Shown: positions 37,701 to 41,883, counted from the stretch's first letter. The stretch is 64,000 nt of DNA from Clostridia bacterium (GCA_017621525.1 JAGASX010000021.1:51566-115565), one strand, 5' to 3'. A program made the numbers and translations. The notes: a model not told the origin generated them from the sequence alone.

Positions 37701-38772
37701 GGTTTGGATATTCTGTGTTGGAAAGAATTATTCCATTCACTTTTTCGCGGGCAGTGATATAAATTGGATTTGACTGCAAAGTGTCAAAAGCATAATCATA
37801 ATTTGCATAACCAATTTTAAAACCGATTGTAAAATCGCCGTTAAGGTTTGGCTTGCCCTGCATTGTAGAAACTCTGAAAAGTGGCATACCATTATATTCG
37901 CCATAGCGGTTTACAACAACACTGTCTGTTGGGTTGCCATTGCTATCAAGGGCGTAACCTGAAATTTCAAGGTCGCCAGAATAGTCTACTACAACATAAC
38001 CGCGATATTTTTCGTCATATTCATAGTTTGGAACAATTGTAAATTGATTGTAAGAAGTGTCGATAGGCTCAAACGAAGAGTTTTGGCTGTATGACCATTT
38101 AAGCCCAACATTTTCATCAATTTTATCAAGCACAGGAATTTCAACGCTTGCACTTACCCCCGTGATTGCTGTGGCCTTAACCTTTACGCTTTCTCCGGCA
38201 AATGTTGAGTTTACTTCAATTTGGTTGCCACTTATTGAAACACCTGCAAAGGTGCCGTCAAGCGACCATGTGATGTCTTTGTTTGCTTTGGCTGGTTCTA
38301 CATTGAACAGAGCGTCAAGGTTAAGGGCGGAGGTTGTGCCCTTTACAAGGTAGTTTGACCTAACTGATGTTGCATCTGTTTTTGCAGAAAGAGCGCTGAT
38401 TTGGCTGTACACATCAACGTATATATATTTTTCAACATTGCCCGGTGCCACGCGTACGGTAACCACTGATGGGCTGTCGTTTTCTGCAACGCCGGTGATG
38501 ATGATGCTTGTTCTTGTGGCGGAAACCCTTTCGGTTGACACGGTGATATATTCATCATACCCTGTTGCACTTGCCGTCAATTGATATTCTCCAGCACCAA
38601 AAACGTCAGCAGACACCACATATTGCCCACTGCCAGCCTCGTCGCTGTGAATTTGAATACTTACGCTTTCACTTGACAGCGAAAGAGTTGCCTTTTCTTG
38701 GTCGCACGCCGATAACAGCATTGTGCCACACATCATAAAAATGCCCAAAAGTGCAATCAACCACTTTTTCAT
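19780..38772 (-). CDS. Giant (~6,330 aa) predicted surface lipoprotein with Ig-like arrays, multiple GLUG-like beta-helix modules and a Gly-rich C-terminal module
   Basis: A single uninterrupted 19 kb ORF. The start at ATG 38772 has AGGAGGT 3 nt upstream. MKKWLIALLGIFMMCGTMLLSAC is a lipoprotein signal peptide with lipobox LSAC. There are repeated Big_2-like segments and dozens of h-GG-h-x-G…I-x-N-C/S-Y motifs. Confidence 0.9.
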   Translation of the reverse strand: MKKWLIALLGIFMMCGTMLLSACDQEKATLSLSSESVSIQIHSDEAGSGQYVVSADVFGAGEYQLTASATGYDEYITVSTERVSATRTSIIITGVAENDSPSVVTVRVAPGNVEKYIYVDVYSQISALSAKTDATSVRSNYLVKGTTSALNLDALFNVEPAKANKDITWSLDGTFAGVSISGNQIEVNSTFAGESVKVKATAITGVSASVEIPVLDKIDENVGLKWSYSQNSSFEPIDTSYNQFTIVPNYEYDEKYRGYVVVDYSGDLEISGYALDSNGNPTDSVVVNRYGEYNGMPLFRVSTMQGKPNLNGDFTIGFKIGYANYDYAFDTLQSNPIYITAREKVNGIILSNTEYPNLEGTLQTLYTQYVDSSNATSHGKQFSVAITPSTVVDATNQYKIILSRTMAGGAIANGCPIEIWYRDTVNANRWTQIVMVEEGGNFVVGSADFPSATTLYIKASENLTVQSAEGLRLTFQSVDNPLVNTYFDLRLVKSVSLEDFVFENGDFKIDSSANAGDIVLKKQFTLKGQTTTDGLYIINNSDAVYFADTLQVISSDENSVTFEITLTLKPSSYGITTLDTYQIAHKNGLVSEKMAIDIFLPLKDVSVKHNTGENLSNSVTDEGYNAKTYLLTGEEVSSTQMGLSNLMLKNDTTTPLLYTYNSINGNYAEAKITVGFVDFVESDIVTLDIFKAMSSTADGVVELIGKAQENINQSNIAYFTNDFSSVITKGVGYTYAVLFFEGKGVENVDANGNITLVKIILLESYVSPNSMNVSPDKDKNLTLYSTDSLASTDSELTRKTINISFANTNVTYTDITNVEFISSNPLMGRQSITGNTVTWADGRYSLSNVVVTSEGISFNIEVVGTFGELAFYDTLDVHYILRNDNYDKVYDIYTPITLTIKNAQRVESLKWKNADDEGLYFEVGDTNPQYIMVEALPESARNNNINYVITNSEGGLINKFLSVNDEVASNVLAVNLSNMVTTGMTGYIYLMPADAVYNNEIKYYYMDGEEEKTGSITDSMLGQYKDNVLQITYYDFLVNEAYFKSNATDSEEISIVPFADILVKIKVNVADGRSFEHSYRIFDNDGFLAIKPDLYYTVMTSLDLTAEARASFASFGGGLQGKTADTTILISGASFAGVILESGTVRNITFAGNATGDGFLAMTNNGLIQNVTIDTKGSFPSKLVVENYYGGGFVGSNYGKILNSNVLGLTISAPASVVGGIAGRNFGTIDGARVEFYNLAVEGEENVFQPNKFTGINVGAMVGVIEKGSKIKNSYAYSYAPIDQTVLVASSYAGAFAGEFSVASSKDDTSIDYSFAVVGATSPFNGYTQDSEYINLTNYYIGYYVEEEYHINYVVGYDSNPNFVASGEGYYEYVNNGNPHLLGLMQDKRVTSVSEFAVQTTADANGLYKSVAVDTNKGIMFAYVVENGANDLTISEQNDLDGLNTISLATLLGMNEYNRNIVVSSSANGIVKVVGSSLVVIRTGDVTLTLSSKQDASIKKTIKVSVKYALSNMKVSWTSVGGQVNYVRENATLSIQKTRSRDFVVGYENPQVYLGTTAKIYQLKQNSITLKIINNPSTAEAVAFEKISENSFKLTTNDDSVLTNFTVSPTIFEDEVLQSAIDGIFQRKFAVQPVDGVISFGVSGQSLPITPSTNTTVRVEIKTTDMADSVVPVISYNGETLKVSPNGANRFTYTLARDAQQGRAILDAIVEEVSSSNADGIYTFTYNVTFRVNDDYKADIAENMDFTVYFMSFSGNSSEEWNGKFTLSLTRQNFTNIDVQFKKVEYSQFKPSASGYVEVHYADDPIAVLAPGNSAIMQVNINPAFAYFDHVDFSYSFGGESVLDAVNVEVVKPYGENGYVRRAVDGRIQMIGGKLRYTPTAEEKASGAIFYKLWINTNVAKDSQITLTATFAQSNGEVISYVNSYLTISYLTQPQVTIDGSDTAYIAKGSTAQIQIDVLADQSVDMISLDGNEVRGISLGTLSQPVIDEVKGIKTYTATLSASVLAGSADNDMFYIQAQVSRELNGNKEYKTSIATAILVDFKVDADKVEISGTNDDALTVWQGVPKAFGVEYTILPEEYIAVDEATQAQITYLKKAREQFLQKGYYPAVENAEDSAYLVNYKYNEETKVPEVQTLKDRLFYVIGHEYRSVFDESVDSPVMFEYDEAENKMIVTGTKSAGSVNLVLLTYISAGGFTATYEKFFTINVEVYFHPDLPLLISSASEFNALNAEGQANVTPKDYMLTNDIVLQNYTPFDTKAIRSLDGNGYTIFIKSFNTTPADTSTLNISLFTRVVKHTIDGKEVPTTLKNLRVNLYNGGQLKINTFKYKTINIAGLAIENEGVITNCEMVSFYSNSAAMGEVVAEEACIKHSNPTGFNVTYLTGTNTTEQVFHDGNMDWSSDIAGFVLTNYGSITNSRVGGETITVMGDDKLINEKVSGYTYASTQQLDTFNIIGQGNIAGFVLTNSGGYVASSFVKNVDMENKSNSTKFYVAGFVGKNSSSILTSYVEGAPSDEHKLGEEYSAFAKEGSSIKSQMGYIAGFAYNNSGVMKDSYSNILIANSHEANKVYLASGFVYENEGTCENCYSASQILNSNFTQMNFSGVSAEGELLKSGTYLNCYFFNKAYESIDEINDSTTESRYNTGALLIPEPNNASYFYGFAIADGESDGIWKVDAENGISLIEANNVSISHRYIQRVADTYEGITAEDDEGKYILPYATLIFVDSATEINTALGGEYNPILILNAQDLLDVTGLSQSSYIKEHFNGISIWGNYRLVNNIDLGAIATGDNTVYLPSSNKSFAGALYGNGFTISGISMTSDETDVAFGLFASIQPKGKHNPIITNINLQIQQVIAGDTALVGGLAGYIKDAKLINIQIAFGDDASVKGLNFAGGLAGLGFGNNVLKNIVIQNPTIVADRYSIDTTNDYFTTDSIKTFRTNLKNNLNYNTTKDSYFFSSISNLSYAGGMMGFVDNYAFDLTEYDFAQKDNFSINNVRVTGEVDIQGQVVGGVFGLIGYQTNIRDVGLVVAGNSTTNNSHILSTKYFAGGIAGQSFGAISRTFASHEEEVQDKIEDNMSNYYGGDSAVERGILDLFYIKGTNYTQEYIGGLVGYIGSGSMEISYSKLNTTSPNAQFAGGVVGGMELSSASTYQGDSNLCLDPVFTKFFFNEVYATGDVRANEMAGGVIGVIKGEGSRVALMAVNAFNYFTTYDYANETYLSLNEGQSNVSNNFRINSLVGKFKKFESGQWIDKILTTTTLQEYTDYVIPVIAFEEQQQEGGALTSAEIPSVAVYEDYNFGGLQVEMDLFPVEKQDSSANPTFDTLRGNNTIYVITRASEYTNSAVGHSYTQEGFLNSGSWSHANWGHEMNDLFPEIKYKRSIDVLYLDCYNVESVFRQMSGTGTRVIVRGLVSEGAEEYADVDLDQYFKEYGTDAFEKGNEYPIFIESFSGRLEGGAYKTSASNGRDDVKIIASQNFIKSTGAGFYTDGVTVQYKSYGTGATPTIALDGTDGTAGLFIKSEVVESTIANLHLILDNQVVVKVNNEASANVGLIAPKLTSTSVRSIKISTPNALREYMMSVTSNTGVATASIEEEEKTLNVGLIAGTLAQDSRISIMQISGITIETKADLISMSGIAVDNVNVGGYFGRTQKLAEAQDLRVNISQIVKKTESPTQDYGQVGITDVTSTNIMVGGYIGKAEGISAIATQDGKEINTSIEFLFTGANHFTNFYTGGVIGRSIVASPLSIVGQSSKIESVVLMADTSVVDGEFAVGGFSAKMDGKVSISSFDTINLTLGAYNTTHALQKPNQETFENDYMLSGGVNVKANTYIGIVVGYAGGAFDMQGGLSANTNLNADNQPINVVAQDSAKVYFGSVLGYTNAERVVREDETSLNNSGYVSTTTRLTGKVLSRAQVAIESAGNADIIAGGMVGCIDGQSSADATYMADVRIGNENTSTMLRYDGAIYSNAQKLVAGGIIGSFTTSRDDTLFSIENSSFGGALKVYGTNSQNADVTFGGSVGRYTITGTTAKVSIKNNYNYGDVFVEYSDTLNTLNSYTFGGIAGHISSPCEKEDIVGNYSLTTNHNARHSSINSSANALYGSGAIDALGTAFNYYSHAVTLCTDYLGVDIGYDEAYSLAGIGYNGKHTSLNTTYSTSILNKNTLGLAEEPIAGHKLNPQPVGTNGELAVEDIASFNGITYYTIANSISNGSLHYEGTENFALNNVALVGNGNTINYTLQQESDVGSCYGYVKELAGFSYISGFAMNANMVIENGENDKAYAPLVGTMKDNTSVYAINVYGEFALGGVNETSTPIQSGLVGQLLAGKIFDCSTDIDLVYRAGIVRDGTPKTGSVYGIAKTTTEDANIFNSKLIERCYSAGSIQTMIKANVYGITDGALDAVIKNCYTISKVDCNDFTQEIDEAGEVYVVKGVSSQPAEEVANIFYDIDGLNYIGLGEDDKASGKKYSQMTTNIFGEKDPFANEEIWLADKDFNYGYPTLRYGYAKRSSWATREGATRGEGYDAYIEDGTFTRLSNGTKPATIGENTFFMLPNVGVLANMVNISGAPQGEGEPNTIITGNFALLYDIDWTQRTANSEGFEPYIFKGRFDGREKTITALKEHLFTSVGDTSTSKDSTWVRNVRFTDVGSDIKNILADTIQIATVSNLTLSGVIKTSTAKNIGALANEAIGADIVAVTNLTEINVQGSTTQNIGGLIGSASASTAFIYCQNYGVINATCSTTTEGGISIGGLAGNLVNSTIDYSFNAGSITNGYGSSNGMVGTVGEFYVGGLAGKTDTSTIENSYNSGMLKAGNKSNTKTAYAGGLVAYGKTTTITNCYNQGSVEALGDNPTFVWKWENDFTHNGNRVTKLSLTLTQTNARNVWAYGIGYLESGSVAESMVKIPDTTSNANNYNGEKSNASIYNNGAINGNGTVLDYWDWESEILPTITVHSTIEQTATKYENLILFFHNYTYSWFQYKVDPITPTTSDTPNVVVTMVDELEIPTAFVLETKTKVTCDYNRGEWEGVIASFSGELGAKWWKGKMSEKDGYIYHTISEHYTYNYQKAQSGAYSRKASSEENYSKVFDSVNKKFVGGITFAEGNTISSGVNGNTIMKNTRSEMNGDERSEIKIAGTEYYLADKDNLTTVFNAGVYEYKNKYSSAILPYFANTDYYTISATFKDSTENIGAKINSVRKTASGIEFDYTVYSTAPLTGGELAISVSVNYIENVTIDTSSINFIYTNEYSLGIRRISGISEASKITTGYTIYSTAGSDGTYNSSPLKYTAGVDGVSIIKLSKTKFEDGYNPSDDDEELVYLVADGNKYVYIPKAKLHPTENGDNYNADLDINRMGFNTLGTESTFTNRVNQIKALFNNKTMYARTASEDSYFVPISFGKGGEITIEFNGRDSKTVGTTLNYGKTMSISKTTTYAQSADASDKYYQVSFTNPTEDVIAVDSSDLAIFGYDQSANQWKLGTTSITIGGVAMNVSVEGNKLVFRSETFTAEDATVKNAINSYISSLTFVANDHKTITYADNFAGMESGPLSQATDAGRLTLNLTVDKQWQITKGASQATISGGAVTFDTSKNITDLPSMYALSGIVVAYGSLQVSATQSYTSSITSYTIATNTLAHVKVGLYYGSNSTAEEEFETVIHGEHLNPSLNASKWSNLPSGTIRVQAKVSGVYKITADDKEVFHIVAKDSANTYYIEGNWGKTADGTFVAGITFISQVVKVGSSGNNYVWVTQNVSERRNEDGSIAGYLASYSIGGNPVLGIGYNASGISSSNITDVTLYTHTKGENGAVDASPKTDASGNVINYKEQWLNGSVTSIDFIYEGKECSISKAKIDALTPFTTYQNSVRFYQNGEVQYLVLDYKLTDIGTTTLTFDGEEYPYQTEIERNLYTWDTCIFPNSPTEASVNLSFSKDDWNKMNIDYGSAKYIYEDSENLRIYAILAEGTSDGNDDRIQVSVTVKDANKIGATAKETPNVSDTVEPKSIILTTDISFKDYMTGFTKADTVNIVGNGYYISYYGDSFYNQVMGDTFIRDISFLGETYNRSLFVAEEISNTDLFNVNLYGSVSALEDTQEATSKIALIADADTTNGEVAITNLTSYASVQSLEKEGVVLFNATSMTESTNKGVITAIDGINGEKGADGIDDGTNTANRDGKAGVAGTNGAGIKVSLSSDSLGFTNEGILYAGKGGNGGAGGSGYRGTDKLKNNGNNNTYGKAGSGAIAGTNGEVVGFNGEVKTTTGTAYSGTNGAKARQGFGYLYTTRDNTYTGIGNDYCIKVVKYNNTDESTYSRLGSRIFVGSYGGDEELSRVQHVYNYMFGLSGGYETQLPTPAEGAWK
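19783..20775 (-). other. C-terminal module G (GNG-type beta-helix start), a glycine-rich segment and a ~110-aa terminal domain of unknown function
   Basis: IVGNGYYISYYG…INGEKGADGIDDGTNTANRDGKAGVAGTNGAG…AGKGGNGGAGGSGYRG…GKAGSGAIAGTNGEVVGFNG…GTNGAKARQGFGYLYTTRDN…AEGAWK-stop. There is no C-terminal hydrophobic anchor. Confidence 0.5.
24270..25000 (-). repeat. GLUG-like beta-helix module F, closest to the canonical GLUG motif
   Basis: FKGRFDGREKTITAL…IGALANEAIG…IGGLIGSASASTAFIYCQNYGVINA…IGGLAGNLVNSTIDYSFNAGSITNG…YVGGLAGKTDTSTIENSYNSGMLKAG…YAGGLVAYGKTTTITNCYNQGSVEA. The 17-nt string TTCCTGCAAGACCGCCAA recurs 120 nt apart (24425.. and 24545..). Confidence 0.65.
25570..26120 (-). repeat. GLUG-like beta-helix module E (degenerate; approximate bounds)
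   Basis: GNGNTINYTL…YAPLVGTMKDNTSVYAINVYG…LVGQLLAGKIFDCS…IERCYSAGSI…IKNCYTISKV. Confidence 0.45.
26440..28150 (-). repeat. GLUG-like beta-helix module D (approximate bounds)
   Basis: VGLIAGTLAQDSRISIMQI…VGGYFGRT…VGGYIGKAEGISA…YTGGVIGRS…AVGGFSAKMDGKVSIS…IAGGMVGCIDG…VAGGIIGSF…TFGGSVGRY…TFGGIAGHIS. Confidence 0.55.
29190..30560 (-). repeat. GLUG-like beta-helix module C (approximate bounds)
   Basis: FAGALYGNGFTISGISM…FGLFASI…VGGLAGYIKDAKLINIQ…FAGGLAGLGFGNNVLKNIV…YAGGMMGFV…VGGVFGLIGYQTNIRDV…FAGGIAGQSFGAISRTFA…YIGGLVGYIGSGSMEISYS…MAGGVIGVIKG. Confidence 0.6.
30900..32000 (-). repeat. GLUG-like beta-helix module B (approximate bounds)
   Basis: LDGNGYTIFI…IAGLAIENEGVITNCEM…IAGFVLTNYGSITNSRV…IAGFVLTNSGGYVASSFV…VAGFVGKNSSSILTSYV…IAGFAYNNSGVMKDSYS…ASGFVYENEGTCENCYS. 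Confidence 0.6.
34870..35450 (-). repeat. GLUG-like beta-helix module A (approximate bounds)
   Basis: FGGGLQGKTADTTILISG…GGGFVGSNYGKILNSNV…VGGIAGRNFGTIDGARV…VGAMVGVIEKGSKIKNSYAYS…AGAFAGEF. Confidence 0.55.
35500..38700 (-). repeat. N-terminal array of Ig-like (Big_2-like) beta-sandwich segments within the giant CDS (approximate bounds)
   Basis: Recurrent segments of ~80-100 aa, for example ITWSLDGTFAGVSISGNQIEVNSTFAGESVKVKATAITGVSASVEIPV. There are no GG-x-G repeats in this part. Confidence 0.5.
38704..38772 (-). other. Lipoprotein signal peptide and lipobox of the giant protein
   Basis: MKKWLIALLGIFMMCGTMLLSA|C has a basic n-region, a hydrophobic core and L-S-A-C at residues 20-23. Confidence 0.8.
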
Positions 38773-38866
38773 AAAACCTCCTTGTTTACTATCTGTATTT
38801 TTCCAGACAAATAAACATAAACGCCAAAAATAACCTAAAACAAACAAAGTTATTTCCTTAATTTCA

Positions 38867-38896
38867 ATTATACATTTTTGCCTATTATTCTGTCAA
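38867..38896 (-). promoter_or_regulatory. Near-consensus sigma-70 promoter of the giant gene
   Basis: On the minus strand: TTGACA (38896-38891), 18 nt spacer, TATAAT (38872-38867). This implies a ~90-nt 5' UTR before ATG 38772. Confidence 0.6.
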
Positions 38897-39068
38897 ATAA
38901 ATTGGGTAATAAAAATATATATTATATATATTTTCACAATTTTTTATGAATTTTTCTTAAATAAAAAAATAACAAAAATTATTGTAAAAAAAATATTTTT
39001 TTGTTTTTTTTAATAATTATTTGATATTTATCATTTTTTTTGATAAAATGCATAAAAAAAGAGGTTTT

Positions 39069-39779
39069 ATGCAGAAATTATTGGGCGGAATAAGAAAAGC
39101 CTGTCAGCAATTTAATTTAATTGAAGATGGCGATAAAATTTGTGTTGGCATATCAGGAGGCAAGGATAGTCTTACTCTTTTGTCTGCACTTGCACGTTAT
39201 CAAACATTTTCCAGCCAAAAATTTTCTCTTGTTGCTGTTGCCGTTGATTTAAGCGACGGCAAGCATGATTACAGCCAAATTGAAAGTTTTTGCCAAAATT
39301 TAGGGGTTGAGTTTAAAAAGGCGCAATCAAATGTTTTTGAAGTGGTTTTTGATATAAGAAAAGAGAAAAACCCATGCTCTTTATGTGCAAATATGCGTAG
39401 AGGGATATTAAACAGCACCGCAAAAAGTCTTGGTTGCAACAAAGTTGCTCTTGGCCACCACAAAGACGATATGATTGAAACTTTTTTAATTTCGCTGTTC
39501 TTTGAGGGACGTCTTTCCACATTTAAACCAAAGTCCTATTTATCAAATACCGATTTGTATGTTATTCGTCCCCTTATTTTATGCAACGAAGAGGATATTG
39601 AAAAGGTAAGCAAAAACTATCCAATTTTAAAAAACTCTTGCCCTGCCGATAAGCATACTGAAAGAGAACGTGCCAAAAGCGTGCTTGCAAATTTTGAAAA
39701 AATATATCCAAATTGTAAAGAAAAATTATTCACCGCGCTTGTACATACAGAAAGATATAATTTGCTTGATAAAGAATAA
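39069..39779 (+). CDS. PP-loop ATPase, TtcA-family tRNA 2-thiocytidine biosynthesis-like protein
   Basis: SGGKDS PP-loop (VGISGGKDSLTLL) and CSLCANMRRG motif. The start at ATG 39069 has AGAGG upstream. The track start at 39021 is an AT-rich extension. Confidence 0.85.
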   Translation: MQKLLGGIRKACQQFNLIEDGDKICVGISGGKDSLTLLSALARYQTFSSQKFSLVAVAVDLSDGKHDYSQIESFCQNLGVEFKKAQSNVFEVVFDIRKEKNPCSLCANMRRGILNSTAKSLGCNKVALGHHKDDMIETFLISLFFEGRLSTFKPKSYLSNTDLYVIRPLILCNEEDIEKVSKNYPILKNSCPADKHTERERAKSVLANFEKIYPNCKEKLFTALVHTERYNLLDKE

Positions 39780-39792
39780 AATAAACAAAAAT

Positions 39793-39827
39793 AAGCCTAA
39801 AAATTAAGTTTTTTGGGCTTTTTTTAT
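39793..39827 (+). terminator. Intrinsic terminator after the TtcA-like gene
   Basis: AAGCCTAAAAA pairs with TTTTTTGGGCTT (imperfect), followed by a T-run (39821-39825). Confidence 0.6.
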
Positions 39828-39886
39828 TAAAAAACATTAAATTTTTGATAATTATTTAATTTTTTAATTTTAAACTTTTTAAAAAT

Positions 39887-39915
39887 TTGACAAAAAATAT
39901 ATTTTTCTATAAAAT
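39887..39915 (+). promoter_or_regulatory. Putative promoter of gpmI
   Basis: TTGACA (39887-39892), 17 nt spacer, TAAAAT (39910-39915). GGAG RBS at 39922-39925. Confidence 0.55.
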
Positions 39916-39933
39916 ATTTTTGGAGAATTTTTT

Positions 39934-41433
39934 ATGGTAACTCTTGTTATTTTAGACGGTTTTGGCTTGCGAAAAGAAAGGCATGGTAATGCCATTTTAT
40001 CCGCAGGCACACCTCACCTTGATAAACTGAAAAAAAATTATCAATACACCACATTGCAAGCAAGTGGAGAGTTTGTTGGGCTTCCAAAAGGACAAATGGG
40101 CAACAGCGAGGTTGGACACTTAACTTTGGGGGCTGGCAGAACCGTTCTGCAAGACCTGCAAAAGATTGATAATGATATAAAAACAGGTGATTTTTTTAAA
40201 AACAAAGGTCTTATTAAGGCAATAAATCACGCAATAGAAAATAATTCTGCACTTCATGTGATTGGGCTTTTATCTGACGGCGGTGTACATTCGCATATCA
40301 ACCACCTTTTCGCAATACTTGATAAAGCAAAAGAAATGGGACTAACAAAAGTTTTTATTCATGCAATCACCGACGGACGCGACACGCCTTACAATAGCGC
40401 CAATATCTACATTGAAAAATTACAATCCAAATTGCAGGGCACGTCTTATAAAATTGCATCAATTGGTGGCAGAGTTTATGCCATGGACAGAGAAAAACGC
40501 TTTGAAAGAGTGCAAAAAGCATATAATGTCATGGTTTTTGGCGAAAATTATCAGCAAAAATCCATTTTTGAATATATTGATGAAAGTTTCAGCAAAGGTG
40601 TTTTTGATGAATATATTCAACCTGTATCATTTGAAAAAGATGGCATAATTAAAGATAATGACAGTGTTTTATATTTTAATTTCCGCTCTGACCGGTCAAT
40701 TGAACTTACTTCTGCCCTTTCCTCAAAAAATTTTAAACATTTTAAGCAAAAAGACTTAAAAAATGTTTTATTTTCCATTATGGAGCAATATTCCAATGAA
40801 TTTGAAAACTTAAATGTGCTTTTCCCTCCTACAATCATAGAAGATAATTTGTCGGCAATTCTTTCGCAAAACGGTTTAAAACAATTTCATATTGCAGAAA
40901 CAACAAAATATGCACACGTAACATTTTACTTTAATGGAGGTATTGAAAAGGCATACAAGGGCGAAGAGAGAAAACTTATTGAAAGCATAGACGCCGAAGA
41001 TTTTTCTTTTTACCCAAAAATGAGGGCATTGGAAATTACAGAGGCATCGCTTGATGCGATTGCATCAAATAAATATGATTTTATTCTTGTAAACTATTCA
41101 AACCCAGACATGATTGGGCACACCGGAAATTTTGAGGCAACAAAAGAGGCGATTGCTTGTGTGGAAAAACAGGCATACGCCCTTGCACTTGCCTCGCTTA
41201 TGGCTGGCGGAACTTGCATTATTACTGCCGACCATGGAAACGCCGAATATATGATTGACAAAGAAGGTAAAAAGGTAACATCGCATACTGCAAATAAAGT
41301 GCCTTTATATTTAATTTCCAACGATAAAAAAATTAAATTAAAAAAGGGTAAAACAATTGCACAAGTTGCCCCAACAATATTAAAATTATTAAAAATAAAT
41401 ACACCAAAAAATATGGAAAAACCTTTAATTTAA
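39934..41433 (+). CDS. gpmI: 2,3-bisphosphoglycerate-independent phosphoglycerate mutase
   Basis: VILDGFG…GNSEVGHLTLGAGR…ITDGRDT…ADHGNAE motifs typical of iPGM. 499 aa. Confidence 0.95.
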   Translation: MVTLVILDGFGLRKERHGNAILSAGTPHLDKLKKNYQYTTLQASGEFVGLPKGQMGNSEVGHLTLGAGRTVLQDLQKIDNDIKTGDFFKNKGLIKAINHAIENNSALHVIGLLSDGGVHSHINHLFAILDKAKEMGLTKVFIHAITDGRDTPYNSANIYIEKLQSKLQGTSYKIASIGGRVYAMDREKRFERVQKAYNVMVFGENYQQKSIFEYIDESFSKGVFDEYIQPVSFEKDGIIKDNDSVLYFNFRSDRSIELTSALSSKNFKHFKQKDLKNVLFSIMEQYSNEFENLNVLFPPTIIEDNLSAILSQNGLKQFHIAETTKYAHVTFYFNGGIEKAYKGEERKLIESIDAEDFSFYPKMRALEITEASLDAIASNKYDFILVNYSNPDMIGHTGNFEATKEAIACVEKQAYALALASLMAGGTCIITADHGNAEYMIDKEGKKVTSHTANKVPLYLISNDKKIKLKKGKTIAQVAPTILKLLKINTPKNMEKPLI

Positions 41434-41442
41434 ATAAAAAAA

Positions 41443-41466
41443 AACAGATAACAATATCTGTTTTTT
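41443..41466. terminator. Intrinsic terminator after gpmI, also placed to serve the convergent four-helix-bundle gene
   Basis: AACAGATA (41443-41450), loop ACAA, TATCTGTT (41455-41462). An A-run precedes it and a T-run follows. Confidence 0.75.
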
Positions 41467-41541
41467 ATTTTTAATATTTTTGTTATTTTTTAATAATTTA
41501 AGTAATGAAAAAATACGACAGTAAAATAGATTTTAATTGTG

Positions 41542-41883
41542 TTATAAATTGTTCTTTGCCGTATTTATAGATGAAATTAAAATTCTTTTTATTTCTTTAC
41601 ATTTATTTAATAACAATTCATTTTCATAATTTCCACTTTCTAATAAAAGTTCTATCCAATATTCGCTTTCAGCACATTCTTTTAATGCAATATGTAATTT
41701 TGATATAAAATCAGCACGTCCATGTGCATAAAAAGCTTCTCTAATATTAGCCCCTATTGAAGTACCAGAACGTAAAAGCTGATTTGTTATAACGCTTTCT
41801 TTTTTATCTTTTTTAATTATCTTGCAAACCTGCATTATTTCCAAAGCAAATTCCTTTGATTTTTGAATCAATGGACTATCCAT
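41542..41883 (-). CDS. Four-helix-bundle protein (23S rRNA intervening-sequence protein family)
   Basis: QLLRSGTSIGANIREAFYAHGRADFISKLHIALKECAESEYWIELL is the hallmark of this family. The start at ATG 41883 has AAGGAGAT upstream. Confidence 0.85.
   Translation of the reverse strand: MDSPLIQKSKEFALEIMQVCKIIKKDKKESVITNQLLRSGTSIGANIREAFYAHGRADFISKLHIALKECAESEYWIELLLESGNYENELLLNKCKEIKRILISSINTAKNNL

Noticed and set aside
19983-38570. Dozens of 60-200-aa ORFs on both strands inside the giant gene
   Set aside because: All are nested in the single 19 kb frame, which has consistent motif periodicity. Their products are low-complexity (Q/L/T-rich or Cys/Phe-rich) shadow translations with no start signals.
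38773-38847. 25-aa N-terminal extension of the giant ORF (MFVLGYFWRLCLFVWKNTDSKQGGF)
   Set aside because: The internal ATG at 38772 has AGGAGGT upstream and begins a canonical lipoprotein signal peptide. The extension would bury the signal peptide and overlaps the predicted 5' UTR.
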